Below are positions 57,798 through 63,916 of a stretch of DNA of 63,916 bases, in pieces. The position numbers were made by a program, and so were the translations under genes. The DNA is from a virus (lineage: Duplodnaviria > Caudoviricetes), in IMG/VR virus record IMGVR_UViG_3300044491_001200, positions 1-63,916 of that record, one strand, 5' to 3'. The number at the start of each line of letters is the position of its first letter. The stretch's first letter is position 1. Under the pieces are notes generated by a model. That model saw only the letters and a list, made by a program, of their open reading frames with translations, was not told the origin of the DNA and did no database searches.

Positions 57798-58853
57798 ATG
57801 GCGTCAAGTATAAATCTCAATAGATTATTTCCTTTAACAAACAAACTGACTTTACCTGAAGTCTGTCATCCTAAATGGGTAAACTTAGGTGAGAATGGCA
57901 AGGTAGAAAGAACAGCGGACGGTTTTGTTGTTCAATGGATACCAACTGACAGTTACGAAAGATATCAAACACATGGCAACAAAGACTACGACGAAAGGTC
58001 TATGTACAAATTAAACAAACATTGTTTTAGAGCAGACAACTTTAAGTCAACAAGACATAGTAAGAAAAAGAAAATAATGTTTGCTGGTTGCAGTCATACA
58101 TTTGGTATTGGTGTAGATCAACACGAAACTTATGCTGATATTATATGCAAAGAATATGATGCTGTCAACTGGAATATAGGTGCAGGTGGTATTGGTAATG
58201 AAACAATAGTACTAAACATTACACAAATGATTGATAACGGTTACATACCAGATATATTATATGTGCAATGGAGTTACCTACACAGACAATTGATGCTAAC
58301 GGATAACGATATACATAGCACACTATCAACAAAAGCATTTGCTGGTAAGCCTGACGGTAGATATCATAGTCCGTATTTTGATTCTTATTGTGACTACATG
58401 AAAAACAAGATAAATAATGCAACATGGGATGACTCTGTAACATCTTTGAACAATCAACTTGACGAACTAGAAGATTATAGATTAGAGGATGATTTAAAAG
58501 AGTTATACCATTGGCATGGTAAAGATGATAGTAAAAGCGAATCTCTTAAAGCAGGAGAATACTTTGCAACATTTGGTTCTAAAGCATTACTAAATCAATA
58601 CTATCTATTAAGAGAGAACGTTATAAACTTATGTAAATTGCATAACATAGTTCTTAAAGAGATACATGCAGATATGCAGATAGTAGAGTTTTTAGCAGAA
58701 ACTGTTATACCTAACAAAGGTTATACAACTGGTGATGTGCCGGTAACATTAGACAGTTTAAGCACAGACTTTGGCAGAGATAATCTACACTATGGTAAAG
58801 AATCTAATAAAGCATGGGCAAAATATTTAATGGATTATACAAATGAAAAATAA
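57798..58853 (+). CDS. SGNH-like hypothetical protein
   Basis: FAGCSHTFGIG, NIGAGG, RDNLHYG. Confidence 0.65.
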   Translation: MASSINLNRLFPLTNKLTLPEVCHPKWVNLGENGKVERTADGFVVQWIPTDSYERYQTHGNKDYDERSMYKLNKHCFRADNFKSTRHSKKKKIMFAGCSHTFGIGVDQHETYADIICKEYDAVNWNIGAGGIGNETIVLNITQMIDNGYIPDILYVQWSYLHRQLMLTDNDIHSTLSTKAFAGKPDGRYHSPYFDSYCDYMKNKINNATWDDSVTSLNNQLDELEDYRLEDDLKELYHWHGKDDSKSESLKAGEYFATFGSKALLNQYYLLRENVINLCKLHNIVLKEIHADMQIVEFLAETVIPNKGYTTGDVPVTLDSLSTDFGRDNLHYGKESNKAWAKYLMDYTNEK

Positions 58854-60720
58854 TGTATACCTATTTCAAGTACAATATGCTATTGAAATAAGCGATAAGA
58901 CAAACTATTATTTGCCTTATTCTATTGGGTGTATTGTTGCCTACGCAAAACAGTTTGAAGACATCAGAGATAATTGGGATTTTGGTGAACTATTTTTTAA
59001 ACGTGAAGATCCTATAGAGGTTGTTAAACGATTAGACAATCCTAAAGTATGTGCATTCAGTAGTTATGTGTGGAATGAAGTAATAAGCCAAGAGATTGCA
59101 AAAGAAGTTAGAAAACAATACCCAGACTGTATTATTGTTTGGGGTGGTCCGCAAGTAGGACCTGAGGATTATGATCTAGACTGGTGCGATATTGTTATCA
59201 AAGCAGAAGGTGAACGCAACTTTGTAAACATTCTCAGAGATATAGATGCTGGCAAAGAGTTGCCACAAACATATACCAGTGATAGAATAGATAAACTAGA
59301 CGAGTGTCCTAGTCCTTATTTGGAAGGTGTGTTTGATGATATCATTGCTTCACACCCAGAAGCCGTATTTGCAATGACCTTAGAAACAAACAGAGGATGT
59401 CCATTCCAATGTACATTTTGTGATTGGGGTAGTTTAACCTATGCTAAAATTAAAAAGTTTGATCTAGATAAAGTTGTAGGTGAATTAGACTGGGCAACAC
59501 AAAATCCAATTGGTTACCTTTGGGTAGCAGATGCTAACTTTGGTGTGTTTAAAGCCAGAGATATTGCTATTGCTAACTTAATAAAGTATGCATGTGATCA
59601 TCCTGACAGTGGCATAGATGCTGTAAACATTCAATACTATAAGAACAGCACAGAAATATCATTTGAAATAGCAAGGATACTAGGCAAATATAACAGAGGT
59701 ATGACGTTAAGTGTGCAAAGTATGACAGAAGAAGTATTAGTTGCTATTAAACGTGACAACTTAGAAATAAACGACTTAACAAAACTACTTAAACAGGCTA
59801 GAGAATATAATGTGTTAGCATACAGTGAAGTTATATTACCTTTACCAGAAGAATCATTAGACAGTTTTAAAACAAGCATAACACAATTATTAGAGTGTGG
59901 TCAACATAATGCTATTGAAATGTGGATGGGACAACTACTTAAGAACAGTGAACTAGGTTCCAAAGAGCATATAGAAAAATATGGCATAGGTTGGGTAGAA
60001 GCATACGATTATAATTATTATCATAACCCATTAGATTGGAATGAAAAACGTGAGAAAATAAACCTCATAAACAAAACAAACACCATGTCTACACCTGAAG
60101 TAACAAAAGCATACATGTATGGCTGGATGATATTACAGTTGCACACACAGGGTTATACGCAACTTGTAAGCAGGTATTTAAGAGGTGTACACAATATACC
60201 ATATAGACAATTCTACGATAGACTGTATGAACTATTACAAATAGATGATAAATTAAAAGTTATATTTAACTTTGTTGAACAGTTTGAAAAAGCATACATC
60301 ACTACAGGTGAGTTACCAGATCCAAAAGATATAGATCCAACTATCGAAGTGCCTAAACTAGGCGGACATTTTACAGCACAAATGAGTATGGACATGATAT
60401 ACAAAAATAGACAAAGTATATATGCTCTAGCAGAACAAATTGTAAACGAATTAGGTTTTACTAACGAGAGCATAATCAAAATGAATAGAGACCATTTGTA
60501 TGAAGATAACAAAGAGTATCAATCAACTTATCATAGTGATTACGATATAGAAGAATGGACTCCCGGACAATTTGAGTATGAATTAGAGCCATGTATTTCT
60601 AAAAAATGGGTTACACAATCTATTGTGTCTGCTAAAGTCAACTCTGCAAATAAACAGATCGAAGCAATACAACAAAGACGCAGAGGTCTAAAAAATTACT
60701 ATAAAAAACTTGACAACTGA
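58843..60720 (+). CDS. cobalamin-binding radical SAM protein
   Basis: N-terminal B12-type domain (FSSYVWN, WGGP, EGE), ETNRGCPFQCTFCDW, DANFG. Confidence 0.88.
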   Translation: MKNNVYLFQVQYAIEISDKTNYYLPYSIGCIVAYAKQFEDIRDNWDFGELFFKREDPIEVVKRLDNPKVCAFSSYVWNEVISQEIAKEVRKQYPDCIIVWGGPQVGPEDYDLDWCDIVIKAEGERNFVNILRDIDAGKELPQTYTSDRIDKLDECPSPYLEGVFDDIIASHPEAVFAMTLETNRGCPFQCTFCDWGSLTYAKIKKFDLDKVVGELDWATQNPIGYLWVADANFGVFKARDIAIANLIKYACDHPDSGIDAVNIQYYKNSTEISFEIARILGKYNRGMTLSVQSMTEEVLVAIKRDNLEINDLTKLLKQAREYNVLAYSEVILPLPEESLDSFKTSITQLLECGQHNAIEMWMGQLLKNSELGSKEHIEKYGIGWVEAYDYNYYHNPLDWNEKREKINLINKTNTMSTPEVTKAYMYGWMILQLHTQGYTQLVSRYLRGVHNIPYRQFYDRLYELLQIDDKLKVIFNFVEQFEKAYITTGELPDPKDIDPTIEVPKLGGHFTAQMSMDMIYKNRQSIYALAEQIVNELGFTNESIIKMNRDHLYEDNKEYQSTYHSDYDIEEWTPGQFEYELEPCISKKWVTQSIVSAKVNSANKQIEAIQQRRRGLKNYYKKLDN

Positions 60721-60744
60721 AGCAAAATCAGTATAATAAGCAGT

Positions 60745-60860
60745 ATGTTATCGCAATATAATGACAGCAGATTATGATAACATCTATACAATGAATGATA
60801 TATGATATCGAGTCGATACGGAAAAAACCCTCAAAATGTGCTGATTTTGGGGGTTTTTTT
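60745..60860 (+). ncRNA. candidate stand-alone small RNA
   Basis: Own promoter TTGACA(60710)-16-TATAAT(60732), 5' hairpin, terminal terminator, no ORF above 10 codons. Confidence 0.45.
60822..60860 (+). terminator. intrinsic terminator
   Basis: AAAAAACCCTCAAAAT-gtgctg-ATTTTGGGGGTTTTTTT. Confidence 0.85.
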
Positions 60861-60892
60861 GTGGAAAAACGTAAATTTGCCACATTTTTTGG

Positions 60893-60921
60893 TTGACCTT
60901 ACCACTAAATAATTGTATAAT
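60893..60921 (+). promoter_or_regulatory. early promoter
   Basis: TTGACC-17-TATAAT. Confidence 0.85.
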
Positions 60922-60953
60922 AGTTGTATAAATTAAGCAAGTAGGAGTACTTT

Positions 60954-61487
60954 ATGAAGAAGAAAATTGGAATATTAGCAATGGTTGTAGCAAGTTTAGT
61001 TGTTGCTACAGAAATTGAAGCAAGTCAAACAACATTGCATGTGACTGATGTTAAAGCAATCAGCAAAAACGTAACAAAATATGATTACGTTCCTTACACA
61101 GAAGAAGTGTGTTATGTATACAGACGTAACTCCAGGGGAGTTCTTGAAAAAATCGTAGATAACGGTTTTGGTTCTACTGGTGGAATGGTTGGTACTGGTG
61201 TTGGTGTTGCTATTGTAGATGAGCTAGGTGGCAATGATGCCGCTAAAATTATAGGTGGTCTACTTGGTAACAAAATTGGTAACGATATATCTGAAAAGAA
61301 AAGCAAAAACAAGAACAACTGTGAGTTGGTTACCAAGCACAAAAGACAAGCATATACTGAAACAATAGTTGATCACTACAGAGTAACAGGTACTTTAGGT
61401 GATGTAATTGGTCCAGTAGCAACGGTTAGACGTAACTTTGAGCCTATGGAAGGTGATGAGATTAGGGTAAATGTTAAAGTTTGGTAA
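60954..61487 (+). CDS. exported glycine-zipper protein
   Basis: Signal peptide, GGMVGTGVG...GGLLGNKIG. Confidence 0.7.
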   Translation: MKKKIGILAMVVASLVVATEIEASQTTLHVTDVKAISKNVTKYDYVPYTEEVCYVYRRNSRGVLEKIVDNGFGSTGGMVGTGVGVAIVDELGGNDAAKIIGGLLGNKIGNDISEKKSKNKNNCELVTKHKRQAYTETIVDHYRVTGTLGDVIGPVATVRRNFEPMEGDEIRVNVKVW

Positions 61488-61514
61488 AAAAACCAAAAAA
61501 AGTGATAAAAAAGG

Positions 61515-61543
61515 TTGACCTAGTCAGCCTTTTTTTGTATAAT
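61515..61543 (+). promoter_or_regulatory. early promoter
   Basis: TTGACC-17-TATAAT. Confidence 0.85.
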
Positions 61544-61576
61544 ATATGTATATTAAATAAAAAGGTAGGAGATTTT

Positions 61577-61993
61577 ATGTATATAATAGTAGACAAACAC
61601 AACGATTCGATCCACAGTGAACCAACTCGTAGATCATATCGTTCAAGTCAGTATAAAACTGAAGCGGCGGCTAAGGCTGGTATTACTAGGACTGTTAAGT
61701 TCTATGATAAGGCTAAGGCACAGGTTGCCGAAGTTGTTGCTGAAGGCAAAGAAGAGTTTTATGCTCCAATGTATAATGCATTCAGAGATGCAACTGACAA
61801 GGACTTAGGCAGAACTCATTGTGCAGACAAAAATAACTACAGAGTTATGCATGTCGAAGAGTATGCTCTAATCGAGCCAATGATTACTAAGACTGGTATT
61901 GCACCAGGAACTGGTAAAGAAATTACTGTAACGTATTCAATCAATCAACCTCACTATTTGAATCCACTTAGTGAATCATACTGGAGTGCATAA
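61577..61993 (+). CDS. hypothetical early protein
   Basis: Start after GTAGGAG; YKTEAAAKAGITR and P.SESYWS patterns. Confidence 0.75.
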   Translation: MYIIVDKHNDSIHSEPTRRSYRSSQYKTEAAAKAGITRTVKFYDKAKAQVAEVVAEGKEEFYAPMYNAFRDATDKDLGRTHCADKNNYRVMHVEEYALIEPMITKTGIAPGTGKEITVTYSINQPHYLNPLSESYWSA

Positions 61994-62359
61994 ATGTTAA
62001 GCAACTTTAAAATCATCGATGTCAATGAAAGAGAGACATCCGGTACCTCTTATGTAGGGTACATCACTGAGGACTACTCAACTCTTGTTGAAGTGTTTGG
62101 TCCTCCTCACTTTGATCAACCAAGTGGTGACAACAAAGTTCACACTGAATGGAACTTGGAATTCACTGTTCAAGAAGATGGCGAAGAGGATACTGAAACA
62201 GTTATCGCTACCATTTACGATTGGAAAGAAGAGTCAGCCAATGTGGCAAGGACTACTCCTAAGTACCAATGGCATGTTGGTGGTTTCAACAAGTTTGATG
62301 CCCTCGAGTGTATTTCACAAAGAATCCTTGATCACTATAGGCAATTTGGTAACAAATAA
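61994..62359 (+). CDS. hypothetical phage protein
   Basis: LVEVFG.P...EW...ATIYDWK...WHVGG. Confidence 0.75.
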   Translation: MLSNFKIIDVNERETSGTSYVGYITEDYSTLVEVFGPPHFDQPSGDNKVHTEWNLEFTVQEDGEEDTETVIATIYDWKEESANVARTTPKYQWHVGGFNKFDALECISQRILDHYRQFGNK

Positions 62360-62529
62360 TGAATGTGTTACAAGAACTAAACGCACTAAGCATTCGTAAG
62401 CCTCTATCAGAAGCAGAGGTTAGAAGCATTGTTGGTGCCCCTACTCTGGAAGAGGAGCAAACTTGTTCATGTGGTGAGGATGTAGATACATGTCCTGATG
62501 CATATGAACACATGACACACGGAGCATAA
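62359..62529 (+). CDS. small Cys/His protein (56 aa, not in ORF track)
   Basis: CSCG...C..AYEHMTHG; coupled TAATG. Confidence 0.6.
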   Translation: MNVLQELNALSIRKPLSEAEVRSIVGAPTLEEEQTCSCGEDVDTCPDAYEHMTHGA

Positions 62530-62530
62530 A

Positions 62531-63802
62531 ATGGACCCATGGCATATAATTCAAGAACTAGAAAGCAATAACAGTTCTTTATTCAAGCAAGACGTTATCA
62601 AACAAAACATTGATAACGCAGAATTTGTTAAAGGTGCAAAGTATTGTCTTGATCCTCTTGTGACATTTGGTGTTAAAGATATACCAGTAAGCGACACAGT
62701 AGGTGACGGTATTGGTTCTGCTATGTTCTATGAACTTGCAGACAAGTTAGTAAGCAGAGAACTAACTGGACATGCGGCTCGTGATGCTATTCAAGAACTA
62801 TGTGATACAGCATGTATTGATGAGTGGAACGATTGGTACAGACGTATCCTTATTAAAGATTTGAGATGTGGCACTGGTGCTAAACTAATAAACAAAGTAG
62901 CAAAGGATACTATTCCTTTGTTCGGGTGTATGTTAGCACACGATGGTGCCAAGCACCCTAAAAAGATAGCAGGCAAATGCTTTATTGAATACAAGTACGA
63001 TGGCGTAAGAGTTATTGCTATTGTGAGAAACGGCTCTGCTACATTGTATTCACGTAATGGTAAACTGTTAGAAAACTTCCCACACATCAACGAAGCACTC
63101 AGTAAGCCTGAGTTTGAAGGCTTAGTGTTCGATGGTGAGGTAATGAGTGAGGACTTCCAAACACTTATGAGACAAGTGCATAGGAAAGAAGGTGCTCAAA
63201 CAGAAGATTCGTACCTAGCAGTATTTGATATGCTTACCTTAGATGAATTCAATGCAGGTTATACAGACATGACAGCATTCGAAAGACGTGAGCGACTAAT
63301 TGAGTTCCAACCATTGTTTAGTTACAGGCTACAACTTGTAGATGCTGTGATGTTAGACTTAGATACTGATGATGGTCAAGCAAGTTTCAAAGCAATGAAC
63401 AAACAAGCCTTAGAAGAAGGCTATGAGGGTTTAATGATTAAACCTATACACGAAGGCTATAAGTGTAAACGTAGTCATGCTTGGTTAAAGATCAAACCTT
63501 TCATTGAAGTAACCTTAAGTGTTGTTGCACTAGAAGAAGGCACAGGCAAGAACGAAGGCTTACTTGGTGCCCTTGTTGTAGAAGGTGAGGATGACGGTAA
63601 GTTCTTCCACCTTAATGTTGGTAGTGGACTAACAGATGAAAACAGAGAGCAAATTTGGGCAAACCAAGATGCTGTTATTGGTCAGTTAGTTGAGATAAGA
63701 GCAGATGCGGCAACTCAAAGCCAAGACGCAGATGACACATGGAGCCTAAGGTTCCCAAGGTTTAAAACATTTAGAGGTTTTGAACTAGGAGAGAAACTGT
63801 AA
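62531..63802 (+). CDS. ATP-dependent DNA ligase
   Basis: KYDGVR, SRNG, FDGE, EGLMIK, WLKIK, SLRFPRF. Confidence 0.96.
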   Translation: MDPWHIIQELESNNSSLFKQDVIKQNIDNAEFVKGAKYCLDPLVTFGVKDIPVSDTVGDGIGSAMFYELADKLVSRELTGHAARDAIQELCDTACIDEWNDWYRRILIKDLRCGTGAKLINKVAKDTIPLFGCMLAHDGAKHPKKIAGKCFIEYKYDGVRVIAIVRNGSATLYSRNGKLLENFPHINEALSKPEFEGLVFDGEVMSEDFQTLMRQVHRKEGAQTEDSYLAVFDMLTLDEFNAGYTDMTAFERRERLIEFQPLFSYRLQLVDAVMLDLDTDDGQASFKAMNKQALEEGYEGLMIKPIHEGYKCKRSHAWLKIKPFIEVTLSVVALEEGTGKNEGLLGALVVEGEDDGKFFHLNVGSGLTDENREQIWANQDAVIGQLVEIRADAATQSQDADDTWSLRFPRFKTFRGFELGEKL

Positions 63803-63916
63803 TGAATTGGAAATGTAAACATACGTGGAGACAAAGTGCAAACAATACCAAATGGTGTTTGCTCGGTTGTAGCATAGGTGACTTCGGTACTATCTTTGCT
63901 TTCCAGATGTTTGCAC
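63802..63916 (+). CDS. DUF4396-like membrane protein, truncated by window end
   Basis: HTW..SA.NT.WCLLGCSIGDFG. Confidence 0.55.
   Translation, partial: MNWKCKHTWRQSANNTKWCLLGCSIGDFGTIFAFQMFA

Noticed and set aside
61481-61576. N-terminal extension of the 61481-61993 ORF
   Set aside because: It spans a promoter and RBS; the real start is 61577. Similar over-extensions apply to ORFs at 3515, 25907, 28992, 29368, 47430 and 54011.
1-63916. Stop-codon reassignment
   Set aside because: Recognisable genes are full length in the standard code and end in TAA, TAG or TGA.
1-63916. tRNA or rRNA genes
   Set aside because: No cloverleaf or T-loop/D-loop pattern noticed in the intergenic gaps; a tRNA scan would be needed to exclude them.

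Overview
A 64-kb segment of a large, AT-rich, T4-like (Caudoviricetes) phage genome, probably infecting a Gram-negative aquatic bacterium (spanin pair, phoH, sigma70-type early promoters, TAAATA late promoters). It contains replication genes (clamp loader, family-B polymerase, probable sliding clamp, RNase H-like nuclease, ATP-dependent ligase), three long fibre genes plus neighbouring structural genes, an ACP-DnaJ-ClpA block, a MoxR/VWA pair and many tailoring enzymes. The main candidate system is a 7-deazaguanine cluster (TGT/DpdA-like, QueD, FolE, QueE; no QueC in the window) interleaved with a glycosyltransferase, GalE and a purine phosphoribosyltransferase. Its TGT-like enzyme ends in almost the same peptide as the DNA polymerase (EVMDTFFEF vs EVMDNFFEF), suggesting clamp-tethered, replication-coupled base modification. 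Other signals: a 3'-UTR hairpin displaying anti-Shine-Dalgarno seeds, a stand-alone small RNA candidate, recurring leaderless promoter-ATG spacing, apparent avoidance of GCWGC and AGCT, and small ORFs missed by the ORF track (Hc1-like, BFD-like). All calls come from reading motifs by eye; no searches were run.
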